From Candidatus Latescibacterota bacterium (GTDB lineage: Bacteria > Latescibacterota > UBA2968 > GCA-2709665), in NCBI GenBank assembly GCA_965116875.1, contig OZ220733.1:2080001-2144000 (forward strand): DNA of 64,000 nt, read 5' to 3'. Below the pieces are notes generated by a model. The model worked only from the letters and a program-made list of their open reading frames with translations. It was not told the DNA's origin and searched no databases. Shown here in pieces: positions 29,897-39,443 of the stretch (position 1 is its first letter; every line of letters starts with the position of its first letter). Both the position numbers and the translations under genes were made by a program.

Positions 29897-31550
29897 CGTT
29901 CGCTCCCCCGTCCGTGCAGGTCCTCCAGCAGGGCAGGTCCGCCGCGTCCCGGATCCTGTGTGCGTACTCGAACAGCCGCCCGAGACGCCGGACCGTCTTC
30001 TCCCGGCCGCTGGCGTCGCGGACCTCCACATAGAGCGGGCCGCGGGTGATCTGATGCGTGGACCACGCCCACAGAAAACCGGCAAAGGAAATCCGGCCGC
30101 CGAATAGCTCCGTGATCTCGTGATGATTGGAAAGCGCGCCCGACGTGGGATCCGTGCCGACCTGGTGGATGTGATATCCAAGGATTCGCCGCCCGAGGCG
30201 GGCATACCAGTCCCCGAGGGGTTGCAGATTGTCCAGATCGCCCCCGTTGTTGCGCGCGTGACCCACGTCCAGCAACGCGCCCACCCTCGATCCGGCCGCA
30301 TCCCCCATTTCAACTGTGACCGCGTCGATCCATCTCAGGTATTCGTCGATCCGGGTGGCGAATTCCCTCACCGGCGAACCCGCGGGCGTACCGGCAGGAT
30401 TGTGGATGTTCTCAATCGCGATCCCAACGCCGGCGCCGGCCGCTTCCCCGAATAAATCCGCGTAAGCTGCCACGAATTCCAGGAAGCATCCGGTGGGTTC
30501 CGGTCGATCTTCCCGAACACGCTCCATTGTATTTGCGTTTGCCCTGGGGACGTGAACCGTCAGGCTGTTCGCGCCCGCCGCCAACGCGCAATCCACGTGC
30601 GCCCGGACTCTCTCCACGCCCCCGACGCGTCCGGTCCGTGGGGTCCATTTCACGTCGGGCAGGTGATAGGACAGATACAGAGGACCCCGACTTCGAAGAT
30701 CACGAAGCGCGCCTGAAAGCGCACGTGGCGAAAAATCGAGGTCCGTCGGCCGGATTTCGAGGCAGGACAGGCCGGAAGCCAGGGTCTCCCGCGCCGCCGT
30801 TACCGGATCGCCCTGTATCGACCATCCCACGGGCAGCATTCCATTGGGCAGGTCCGCGGGCAGCAGCCGCATCGCGGGCGTCCAGGGAATGAACGTCTCC
30901 GTCCAGGAGCCCTTTTGACCACTCTCGAAAAGGTTGATCCCCGGAAGGTCTCCGATCGCCTTGTCCGGATCCAGCCCGCGGACCACGACCTCGACGAAGC
31001 CGTTTTCGCGCCGGGTCCGGTGGAAGTGGCTGTGTCCGGCGACGAGAAGCTCGACGCCGTTCTCAGAGAGCCAGCGCGTAAACCACGCACGGGCCTCTCC
31101 GTCCATCCTGTCCAGCGGATAGTGGGTGATGACCAGCAGCCGCTGTGCGCGGTTCGACAGGAGACTCCGCTTCAGCCACGAGCGTTCGTGGCCGGGAAGG
31201 CTCCCGGTCGACGTATCGGGCAGGAGAACCAGCAGGTCGCCGAACGCGGCCGCACGGCGTTCGGGCGACGCCAGGTTTTCGAACACCGACATCGCGTGCC
31301 CGCCCCGTCGTTCCGCGTTGCCCGGGGTAAAGAGTACTGGGACTTCGACCCGGTCCAGCGCCTCCAGGCAGCATGTGGCCGAAACAGCCGTTGAAAAGGT
31401 CGTAACGTCTCCGGCCACAGCCAGGAAATCCGGCCTTTCCATGTTCACACGGTCGACCGCCCAATGAAGCGCCTGGCGGGCAGCCGTATCCGGGTTGTCC
31501 GAAAGATGGAGGTCGGCAAGCACGATAAATCGATGCGTGTCTTGGGTCAT
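29886..31550 (-). CDS. Metallophosphoesterase fused to a xylose-isomerase-like/AP-endonuclease-2 TIM barrel
   Basis: ADLH, AGDV, PGNAE, THYP, GHSH; then IAIENIH, LDVGHA, YHIHQ, NHH. Confidence 0.75.
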   Translation of the reverse strand: MTQDTHRFIVLADLHLSDNPDTAARQALHWAVDRVNMERPDFLAVAGDVTTFSTAVSATCCLEALDRVEVPVLFTPGNAERRGGHAMSVFENLASPERRAAAFGDLLVLLPDTSTGSLPGHERSWLKRSLLSNRAQRLLVITHYPLDRMDGEARAWFTRWLSENGVELLVAGHSHFHRTRRENGFVEVVVRGLDPDKAIGDLPGINLFESGQKGSWTETFIPWTPAMRLLPADLPNGMLPVGWSIQGDPVTAARETLASGLSCLEIRPTDLDFSPRALSGALRDLRSRGPLYLSYHLPDVKWTPRTGRVGGVERVRAHVDCALAAGANSLTVHVPRANANTMERVREDRPEPTGCFLEFVAAYADLFGEAAGAGVGIAIENIHNPAGTPAGSPVREFATRIDEYLRWIDAVTVEMGDAAGSRVGALLDVGHARNNGGDLDNLQPLGDWYARLGRRILGYHIHQVGTDPTSGALSNHHEITELFGGRISFAGFLWAWSTHQITRGPLYVEVRDASGREKTVRRLGRLFEYAHRIRDAADLPCWRTCTDGGANDDS

Positions 31551-31595
31551 TTCCGGTTTTTTCTCATACCGGTTCTCCGATAGGTACCCTGAAGA

Positions 31596-32333
31596 TCAGT
31601 TCGCGTAGCTGTGTCGGCCCGGATTTCCTCGTGCGAGGTAGAGACGGAGCCCGTCCCAGTCGAACCCGGACGGAGAAACGAACGTGCGGTCGATTGCGGC
31701 ATGGGTCGAGATGTATTTCAACGTGATTCCGCAACGCCGACGGGACGACCGGTTGGGATTGGAACCATGCAGAATCCACGGGTCGTGAACGGAATACTCA
31801 CCCGCGCGCAGCTGCACGTCCCTGGCGTCCGAGAGGTCCGGATTCTCCAGTGACATCGGCAGCGTCGTGCCGGAGTCCAGATCCACCTTGTGCAACAGCA
31901 CGGCTCGCTCCCGGTGGGTGCCGGGAAGCACCCGCATGCAGCCGTTCTCCGCGTCGGAATCGTCCACCGCCAGCCAGAGTGTGAACGTATCCATCGGCTC
32001 GATCGGAAAAAACGCGGCATCCTGATGCCAGTCTACCGCCAGGCCGTCGTCCGGGCGTTTGCTGATCACGTAGGAGGTGAACAGCGCGACGTCCGGCCCC
32101 ACGATCTGTGCCGCCACGTCGATGAGACCGTCGCTCAGGAAGAGATCGCGAAGATATCCGTTTTCGTAGTGGAGCGACGGCATGTTCTCGGGCCGCCGGC
32201 CCGATGGAAGGCTCTCGATAATGGAATCCAGTTCGCCCCGCAGCCTTGCGAGCTCGATGTCATCGAGAATCCGTCCGCCGGCGGCATAGCCCTCGTTACG
32301 GTACTGTTCGAGTTGGGCATTCGTGAGCGACAT
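31596..32333 (-). CDS. Phytanoyl-CoA dioxygenase (PhyH) family Fe(II)/2-oxoglutarate dioxygenase
   Basis: WHQD, WLAVDDSDAENGCM, LHGSNPNRS..RR. Confidence 0.9.
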   Translation of the reverse strand: MSLTNAQLEQYRNEGYAAGGRILDDIELARLRGELDSIIESLPSGRRPENMPSLHYENGYLRDLFLSDGLIDVAAQIVGPDVALFTSYVISKRPDDGLAVDWHQDAAFFPIEPMDTFTLWLAVDDSDAENGCMRVLPGTHRERAVLLHKVDLDSGTTLPMSLENPDLSDARDVQLRAGEYSVHDPWILHGSNPNRSSRRRCGITLKYISTHAAIDRTFVSPSGFDWDGLRLYLARGNPGRHSYAN

Positions 32334-32337
32334 GGCG

Positions 32338-34521
32338 TTACCCTTCCGCGTTTTCCGTCCGGGTCGATTCCTGAATGCGTTCCGGTTCGCCGTCCCGCGC
32401 GGCCGGCGACTCCGATGCCTGCAGGTACTTTGCAATCAGCCTCTCGTATATGCCGACGAATTCGGATCGCCCGTTGTGCAGGTTGTAGAAATAGCACATC
32501 GGGTTCGGATTGATCTCGATCACCCGGAATCCCGCGGACGACCGAATCACATCGATCGCATAGAACCCCAGCTCGATAACGCCCGACACCCTCGCCGTCA
32601 GCCGCGACAGCGCATCGATCAGTTCCGGTGCGTCCACCGGCCTTGCGCTTCCGGTTGGCCCGTGCAGCGGATTCAGGTCGCGGCTCGGCGATTCGCTGAC
32701 TTTCTCGTACGCCAGCAGCAATTCATCCCCGGCGGCGACGACCCGATACTCGGGTCCGCTGACGTGCTCCTGAACCAGCATCAAATTGTCCAGGAATCCG
32801 CTGTTTTCGAACAAGCTCCGCAGACGTCTCTTCAGATCGCACCGGTCTCCCTCCAGGAATACGCCCTGGGCCAGCGACCCTCTGTTTCGCTTGACGACGA
32901 CGGGATAGGAAAACCGACGTTCAACGTCCGAAACCACCGCGTCGACGGACGCATGAGTCCGGTAACGCGAGAACCGTTCGTCCGCAAATGGATTGAACGC
33001 CACCAGGGTTGCAGGAAGCGGAAGCCCGGCCCGCGCGAACAGTTCGTACTGGTATGCCTTGTCCTCCGCCAGGCGGGCAGCCACGTAGTCGTTGAACGGA
33101 TGCCGGTTGCGCAGAAAATAGACCGGCCCCCGTCCGGGCGGCCGGATGCAGACCAGATTTCCGTCTTCCGAAGCCGGTTCGACTCGAACACCCAGGTTGG
33201 CGCCGGCTTCCGTGAGGCACGCGAGACTCTCCTTGTGCAGGTCCTCTCCGAACCCGTCCCGCTCGCACGGCAGCCCCAGCGCTTCGCGCGCCCTGCCAAT
33301 GAGATGCAGCGATCCCATGATACAGACGTGACTCTCCTCCCGCAACCCCGCGCGTCCGAGCGCGTCCGCAATGTCATGTGCGCAACGGGCGGAAAGCCCC
33401 GTGGGAAGGCTCTGCCGCAACACGTCGACAGCCAGGGCTTTCGGGTGGTCGGATCTTGTCAGCACCACTTTTTTTGCCAGCGGCCGGATCGCTTCGAGTA
33501 TCCCCCCGGCGTCGTGACCCGCGTTCACCCCCACCACGAACGTCCACTGCTTCGACATCCTGCCCAGATCGTCCGCAAGGGCCGCGGCGCCGGAAGGGTT
33601 GTGCGCGCCATCCAGTACGACCCGGGGGGTTCGCCGCGCCACCTCGAATCTGCCCGGCAGGTCGAGACCGGTCAGGGCCGCGCTGATCCGGTCATCCGAA
33701 AGGTCCTCCCCCACAAGGTGGCGCCCGACCGCAATCGCCAGCCGGGCGTTCTCCCGGAATACGGACCCGCGGTCCGGCATATCCGGACGCGGGAAATCCG
33801 GAGCTGCGCAAACCCGGTCTCCGTCCGTTTCGACGACGCGAAGATCCACGTCCCGGTCCCGGCACTCGCGGCGCAACAGCGCGAGCACATCAGGTTTCTG
33901 CGTGGCCGAGGTGAAGAGCGGCCTTCCGGCACGGGCGATTTCGAGCTTTTCCAGTGCGATCGCCTCCACCGTATCGCCCAATATTTCGGTATGATCGAGA
34001 TCGATCGACGTGAGGACTGCCACACCCGCATCCCAGGCGTTGGTTGCGTCGAATCGGCCGCCCAGACCCACCTCGAACACCCCGATTTCGACGCCGGCAT
34101 GTGCGAACATGGACGTCGCCAGCGCCGTTAACGCCTCGAACCTGGTAAAGGAACCGTATCCCTCCCCTTCGAATCCGCGCGTGCGATCGTAAAGGTTGGA
34201 GATCCACTTCGCCCAGTCGTCCTTATCCAGAATCCGGCCCTCGATCCGGATGCGTTCGCGGATCGTGTGCAGGTGCGGCGAGGCGTAGACGCCGGTCCGT
34301 CGGCCGCATGTCCGGAGCAGGGCGGCAATGACGCTTGCCACCGTTCCCTTGCCGTTCGTACCGCCCACGATGACAGTCGCAAAATCCCTCTGTGGACTTC
34401 CCATCCGTCGCAAGAGGGCCCGCATCCGGGGCAGATAGTCCTCCGGCGAACCCGCCGCCGTCCCGTCCCGTTCCCAGTCGTGAAGCGTATTCAGAAAGCG
34501 TTTGCCGCGAGAATAGTCCAT
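32338..34521 (-). CDS. folC: Folylpolyglutamate/dihydrofolate synthase fused to a C-terminal RimK-like ATP-grasp domain
   Basis: GTNGKGT, SPHL...ERI, EVGLGGRFDATN, DHTEILG, LDGAHNP; then DKAYQY...YPVVVK..RGS...VQEHV...AIDV...IEINPNP. Alternative start at 34572. Confidence 0.85.
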   Translation of the reverse strand: MDYSRGKRFLNTLHDWERDGTAAGSPEDYLPRMRALLRRMGSPQRDFATVIVGGTNGKGTVASVIAALLRTCGRRTGVYASPHLHTIRERIRIEGRILDKDDWAKWISNLYDRTRGFEGEGYGSFTRFEALTALATSMFAHAGVEIGVFEVGLGGRFDATNAWDAGVAVLTSIDLDHTEILGDTVEAIALEKLEIARAGRPLFTSATQKPDVLALLRRECRDRDVDLRVVETDGDRVCAAPDFPRPDMPDRGSVFRENARLAIAVGRHLVGEDLSDDRISAALTGLDLPGRFEVARRTPRVVLDGAHNPSGAAALADDLGRMSKQWTFVVGVNAGHDAGGILEAIRPLAKKVVLTRSDHPKALAVDVLRQSLPTGLSARCAHDIADALGRAGLREESHVCIMGSLHLIGRAREALGLPCERDGFGEDLHKESLACLTEAGANLGVRVEPASEDGNLVCIRPPGRGPVYFLRNRHPFNDYVAARLAEDKAYQYELFARAGLPLPATLVAFNPFADERFSRYRTHASVDAVVSDVERRFSYPVVVKRNRGSLAQGVFLEGDRCDLKRRLRSLFENSGFLDNLMLVQEHVSGPEYRVVAAGDELLLAYEKVSESPSRDLNPLHGPTGSARPVDAPELIDALSRLTARVSGVIELGFYAIDVIRSSAGFRVIEINPNPMCYFYNLHNGRSEFVGIYERLIAKYLQASESPAARDGEPERIQESTRTENAEG

Positions 34522-34609
34522 ACAGACAGGGTTCCCGTCCAAAACATCAGGCCCGGTTTCGGTGTCGCGCATGCAGGATTGGCGACAGGAGGCAGCCCGT
34601 CCCTAACAT

Positions 34610-34644
34610 AAAAAAAAACCCACCTGGAAACAAAAGGTGAGTTT
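34610..34644 (-). terminator. Probable terminator after rpmB
   Basis: AAACCCACCT...AGGTGAGTTT stem with a plus-strand A-tract. Confidence 0.55.
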
Positions 34645-34726
34645 ATCCGGCCCGGCATCCTCTCTCGGCGCTTCCCCGCCTCTCTGGAGGGAACCGCGGG
34701 GGACGTCCGACGACGTCGGTTGCAGC

Positions 34727-34918
34727 TTACGCTGCCTTGTTCACGCGGCCGAGTTTAATACACTTCGTGCAGACCTTGATCCGCCTGGCCGTCCCGTCCA
34801 CCAGCGCACGCACACGCCTGAGATTCGGATTGAACCGCCGCTTCTTCTTATTATTGGCGTGACTGACGTGGTTGCCAACCATCGGGCCCTTTCCGCAAAT
34901 GTCACATCTAGCAGCCAT
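34727..34918 (-). CDS. rpmB: 50S ribosomal protein L28
   Basis: [33 protein letters not shown]...KVCTKCIK (zinc-binding form). Confidence 0.97.
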   Translation of the reverse strand: MAARCDICGKGPMVGNHVSHANNKKKRRFNPNLRRVRALVDGTARRIKVCTKCIKLGRVNKAA

Positions 34919-35052
34919 CTCCAGTGCCTCCGGAATTCCTTTATTCTATTCGCCCTGTCATCTTGAAGTTGAAACCGATACGCGCCCACGTCCCCCGGCG
35001 CCCTCCGAAAAACGACGAGACGCCCCGGCGACGCGCTGTATCCAACACAACA

Positions 35053-35080
35053 AATATACCTGTCAGACGTCACTTGTCAA
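35053..35080 (-). promoter_or_regulatory. Probable rpmB promoter
   Basis: TTGACA-N16-TATATT on the minus strand. Confidence 0.5.
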
Positions 35081-35210
35081 GAAAGAACCCTGATCGGGAT
35101 CCCTTTCAGCGACTCGGGATCCCTGCCGGGAGCCCCGCCTTTCCACGCGTGCGGTTGGACGTTTCGCAGGTTGCGTCGGGTTTCGCGCGTCAGGATATGA
35201 ATGCCGCCCG

Positions 35211-36437
35211 TCATCTCGGAGGCTGACTTGAGGTGCGGAATCGTACGAACCACAGTTCAACATTCGGAAGCGTTCCGGTGCTGAACACTGCACAGGGCTC
35301 GCCGGGTATCAGGCTACCGCTGGCCGGTGCGATCCCGTACAGGAAAAATGCATTCTTCAACCCGAAACCCTCAAAGCTACCGAGGGCAACCGCGGACCAG
35401 CTTCGGGCGCTATCTTCGCCGCGGTACAGCAGGAGCGCGTTTCCTGCGGTGCTGGACGTCCACATTCGCCCGCGTTCGCGAGGACTCTCGAAGATCGCGG
35501 CGATTCCCGCGCTTCCAGTGAATACCGCCTTCCACCGGCGCTGATCGGGATCCCGACGGTAAACGAGCAGTTGGTTCTCTCCTCCCTCGGGCCGGAGTGT
35601 GGCCGTCACAAACAGCGCGCCGTTTTCCGATCGCCAAATCGACTGGGCGAAGGCGAGGTTCTGTTTCCATGGATTCACGTCGGCGATCACTTCCGAAACG
35701 GCTGACGCCGGGTCACCATATGGCACGTACAGGTAGTTAATCCGGTTGTAATAGGAACTGCGGTAGGCGTTATTACTCACGACGAGGTGGAAACCCTCGC
35801 CGTCCGGGACGATCAGTGGGTACAGCCACGTCGTCCACGGCTCAATCGACCGCTGCTCCCGCGCAAGAACAAACGGGCCGGCCCAGGAACCGGACTCCAG
35901 GTCGACCCACGCGACCTGAAAGGAATAGGACCCGGGTCTGCCGATATATCCAAGGACGAGCCGATCGCCGTCCATGGCCGCACCGATATAGCCGGCGCGA
36001 TCCAGCCCGACCGGCAGCGCGATCCGGGCGAATCCGCGGGGGTCGCCGCGCCTGCGCTGATGCAGAATCCGGGGTCCGGTGTCGCGGCGGGCATGGATGA
36101 GTACGAGGCGCCGTCTCGAGTCCAGCAGGACCATCCCCGGTTGATGGTGGAGCCCCTCCCATTCGAAGAACGTCTCCCAGCCGTCTTCCGTACTCCGGTA
36201 AACTGTCCCCCTGGCGGCGTCCTGGCGCGGCCCCCACCGGCCCAGCGTGTAAAAATGGTCGCCGTCGAACACCAGCTTGGGCGCATTGTAGCCCCAATAC
36301 GGGCTGACCGATGCAATGCCGCTGTCAATGCGGGTCAGTTCGAAGTCCACTTCCGCCTCCTGCGCGGCCAGAGGCAGGACGCCTGCCAGCAGTACGAACC
36401 ATCCACTGAAGAACGATTGAGAGATCAGGCGTATCAT
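35211..36437 (-). CDS. Secreted hypothetical protein, probable beta-propeller
   Basis: Signal peptide ending LPLAA-Q; beta-rich sequence with Asp-box-like segments (YRSTEDGW, YRGEDSARSW). Confidence 0.55.
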   Translation of the reverse strand: MIRLISQSFFSGWFVLLAGVLPLAAQEAEVDFELTRIDSGIASVSPYWGYNAPKLVFDGDHFYTLGRWGPRQDAARGTVYRSTEDGWETFFEWEGLHHQPGMVLLDSRRRLVLIHARRDTGPRILHQRRRGDPRGFARIALPVGLDRAGYIGAAMDGDRLVLGYIGRPGSYSFQVAWVDLESGSWAGPFVLAREQRSIEPWTTWLYPLIVPDGEGFHLVVSNNAYRSSYYNRINYLYVPYGDPASAVSEVIADVNPWKQNLAFAQSIWRSENGALFVTATLRPEGGENQLLVYRRDPDQRRWKAVFTGSAGIAAIFESPRERGRMWTSSTAGNALLLYRGEDSARSWSAVALGSFEGFGLKNAFFLYGIAPASGSLIPGEPCAVFSTGTLPNVELWFVRFRTSSQPPR

Positions 36438-36565
36438 ACGTTTTTGGCGGATCAGCAACCATCTTCCGCTTGACAAAATTCAGCGCATCGACCATTTTTT
36501 CTGCAGGTCCTGCGGTCAACTCGTTCTGAAGTTCTCCCGCCGCCCGTCGTTCCGGGGAGTTCCCA

Positions 36566-37909
36566 ATGCCGTCAGTAAACCTCATAACGCTCGGATGTCC
36601 CAAGAATACCGTCGACTCGGAACGTATGCATCGTCTGTTGGAGCGCAACGATTACGTCGTGGCAGAAGAACCCGATCACGCGGACATCATCGTTGTGAAC
36701 ACGTGCGGCTTCATCGAACCGGCCAAGGAGGAGTCCATCGCCACAGCCCTCGAAGCCGCGGACTACAAGGAGACCGGCAACTGCAAGGGCCTGATTCTCA
36801 CCGGGTGTCTGGCCGAACGATACCGCGGGGAACTCGAAGCGGATATTCCCGAGGCCGACCTGGTCGTGGGCCTGGCCGGCGAACGCGAGATCGTCTCCCA
36901 TTGCGACCGGCTGCTGGGTATCTCGCGGCCCCGCGTCTATCGTGACGAAGGCGCCCGTCACCTGCTCACCCCCGGTCACTGGGCCTACCTGCGCATCTCC
37001 GACGGCTGCGACAGGACCTGCACCTTCTGCGCCATACCCGGTATACGGGGCGCGAACCGCAGCGAGTCCATCGAGGTCCTGGTTGCCGAAGCCTGGCGCA
37101 TGGCCGCAGGCGGCGTGAAGGAGATCGCGCTGATCGCCCAGGATACGATGCGTTACGGCGCCGACCTCTACGGTCGTCCGCGCCTGGTGGACCTCCTGCG
37201 CGAACTCGTGCGCATCGACGGCCTCGAATGGATCCGCCTGCTCTACGCGTACCCAACCGGCTGGCGGGACGACCTGATCGACCTCCTGGCGCGGGAGGAA
37301 AAGCTGTGCGCGTACTTGGATATGCCCATCCAGCACGCTTCCAATGCCATGCTCAAAGCGATGAATCGCGGCGCCACGGTGGAAAATACGCGCTCGCTAA
37401 TACGAAAACTCCGGGACCGGGTGCCCGGCCTGACGCTACGCTCCTCCGTAATCGCGGGTTTTCCCGGCGAAAGAGAGGAACACGTACAGGAACTTCTGGA
37501 GTTTGTCGAGGAGATCCGCTTCAACCGGCTGGTCGGCTTCCTCTACTCGCACGAGGAAGGCACCCGGGCAGGTCTCCTCGAGGACGACGTGCCGGAAGAC
37601 GAGAAACGGGACCGGCTGGACCGTATCCTCAGCCTCCAGGCCGTAATCTCATCCGAAATCACCTCCGGGTACGTTGGCGAAAGCCTCCGCGTCCTGGTCG
37701 ACCGTCCCGCCGACGATCCTTCCAGCGACTATGTCGGTCGAACGCGAATGGATGCTCCGGAGATCGATGGCGAAGTTTTCGTTTCAGGCGAAGCGCAAAT
37801 CGGCGAGTTTACCGACGTTGAGATTACGGACGCGCTCGATCACGACCTCATCGGACGATCCACGGCCGTCCCGCGCCTGCTGGATATCGCCGCGCCGGGG
37901 GGCCAATGA
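36566..37909 (+). CDS. rimO: Ribosomal protein S12 methylthiotransferase
   Basis: TLGCPKNTVDSE, NTCGFIEPAKEESI, GCDRTCTFCAIP, DAPEIDG TRAM domain. Confidence 0.95.
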   Translation: MPSVNLITLGCPKNTVDSERMHRLLERNDYVVAEEPDHADIIVVNTCGFIEPAKEESIATALEAADYKETGNCKGLILTGCLAERYRGELEADIPEADLVVGLAGEREIVSHCDRLLGISRPRVYRDEGARHLLTPGHWAYLRISDGCDRTCTFCAIPGIRGANRSESIEVLVAEAWRMAAGGVKEIALIAQDTMRYGADLYGRPRLVDLLRELVRIDGLEWIRLLYAYPTGWRDDLIDLLAREEKLCAYLDMPIQHASNAMLKAMNRGATVENTRSLIRKLRDRVPGLTLRSSVIAGFPGEREEHVQELLEFVEEIRFNRLVGFLYSHEEGTRAGLLEDDVPEDEKRDRLDRILSLQAVISSEITSGYVGESLRVLVDRPADDPSSDYVGRTRMDAPEIDGEVFVSGEAQIGEFTDVEITDALDHDLIGRSTAVPRLLDIAAPGGQ

Positions 37910-38382
37910 CCGTCATCGCCGCCATGGCCGACAACCGGGTGATCGGTAAAGACAATGCCATGCCATGGCGCATCTCCGAGGATCTCGTGCATTTCAAGAG
38001 AACGACCACGGGCGGCGTTCTCATCATGGGGCGCAAGACTTTTGAGTCCATCGGCTGCAGGCCCCTGCCGAACCGCCCCCACGTCATCGTCAGCCGCTCA
38101 CTCCCGGAAACCGCCGGCGTCGACGTCTGCCGCACGTTCGAAGCGGCGCTCGAGAAAGCCAGGTCCTACGGGAAGCCCGTGTTCAGCGCGGGCGGCGCCG
38201 AGATCTACCGCCAGTCCATTCCCCATGCGGATCGAATGTATCTCTCGCGCATCAAGGGCGACTATTGCGGCGACACGTACTTCCCCGAATTCGACGAGAG
38301 CGAATGGCGACTGACCAGGGAAGAAGAACGCGCCGAATTCACCCTGTGCGTGTATGAAAGAAGGGTAGAAGTGAGAGGGTAG
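37906..38382 (+). CDS. folA: Dihydrofolate reductase
   Basis: IGKDNAMPWRISEDLVHFK, MGRKTFESI, PLPNR, GGAEIY, GDTYFP. Confidence 0.95.
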   Translation: MTVIAAMADNRVIGKDNAMPWRISEDLVHFKRTTTGGVLIMGRKTFESIGCRPLPNRPHVIVSRSLPETAGVDVCRTFEAALEKARSYGKPVFSAGGAEIYRQSIPHADRMYLSRIKGDYCGDTYFPEFDESEWRLTREEERAEFTLCVYERRVEVRG

Positions 38383-38546
38383 ACGGCAGAAGAAATTCTT
38401 GCCCAATCTGCTCTTCTTCTATGTCTCCGGTCTGAACTCAAACCTCACGGGGCAGACAATCTCTCCCGTCTCCCGTCTTCCGTCTAACCGTTTTTATTGA
38501 CCGCTGACGGCCGAAGGCCATTCCGGCAGGGAATATAGGGAATATA

Positions 38547-39383
38547 ATGAAACAATACCTCGATCAGCTACGATATATTCTGGACAACGGCGTCAGAAAG
38601 GAGGACCGGACCGGCGTCGGCACGATCTCCTGTTTCGGCCTGCACGCGCGGTACGATATGAGTGACGGATTCCCCGCCGTCACCACGAAAAGGCTCGTGT
38701 GGAAATCCATGCTCTCCGAACTCCTCTGGTTCATCTCGGGATCCGACAACATCAACGACCTGAAGGAGATCTATCCCTACAACAAACTCTGGGACGGCAA
38801 CTACCAGGACTACCTCAAGAGAATCGGCCGGGGCGACAACAGCGGATCGATGGGGCGCATCTACGGCGTACAGTGGCGGGATTGGCGGGGAGCGGAGCGG
38901 AACGTGGACCAGTTGAGCGAGGTGATCGACCTGATCCGCACCAACCCCGATTCAAGGCGCATGATCGTGAACGCCTGGAATGCCGCCGAAGTCGCTCCCG
39001 AGGACGTCGCCCTTCCTCCCTGCCACTCCTTCTTCCAGTTCTACGTTGCGGAAGGCAGACTTTCCCTGCTGATGTACCAGCGTTCGTGCGACATGTTTCT
39101 CGGCGTCCCGCTCAATATCGCCTCCTACTCACTCCTGCTGCACATGGTTGCCAGGATCACGGGCCTGGAACCGGGCGAATTCATCCATACGCTGGCCGAT
39201 GCCCACATCTACCTGAGCCACCTGGACGCGGTCAGGGAGCAACTGTCCCGCGAGCCGTTCCCGCTTCCGCGCATCCATATCGCGGACCGCGGCCAGAAAA
39301 CCATAGACGAATTCGTCTACGACGACTTCCGGCTGATCGACTACCGCTGCCATTCCGCTGTCAAGGCCGAAATGGCGGTGTGA
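38547..39383 (+). CDS. thyA: Thymidylate synthase
   Basis: DRTGVGT, PDSRR, ALPPCH, YQRSCDMFLGVPLNIASY. Confidence 0.97.
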   Translation: MKQYLDQLRYILDNGVRKEDRTGVGTISCFGLHARYDMSDGFPAVTTKRLVWKSMLSELLWFISGSDNINDLKEIYPYNKLWDGNYQDYLKRIGRGDNSGSMGRIYGVQWRDWRGAERNVDQLSEVIDLIRTNPDSRRMIVNAWNAAEVAPEDVALPPCHSFFQFYVAEGRLSLLMYQRSCDMFLGVPLNIASYSLLLHMVARITGLEPGEFIHTLADAHIYLSHLDAVREQLSREPFPLPRIHIADRGQKTIDEFVYDDFRLIDYRCHSAVKAEMAV

Positions 39384-39443
39384 ACATACGTCGGGAGTCG
39401 GTCCTGCCACAACTTCTGTTTCCCTTTCGCGAGGAATTTCGCC

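Noticed and set aside
32323-34131. Long plus-strand ORF of 602 aa, and similar antisense ORFs across the window
   Set aside because: These are shadows of well-supported opposite-strand genes in GC-rich DNA and show no recognisable motifs.
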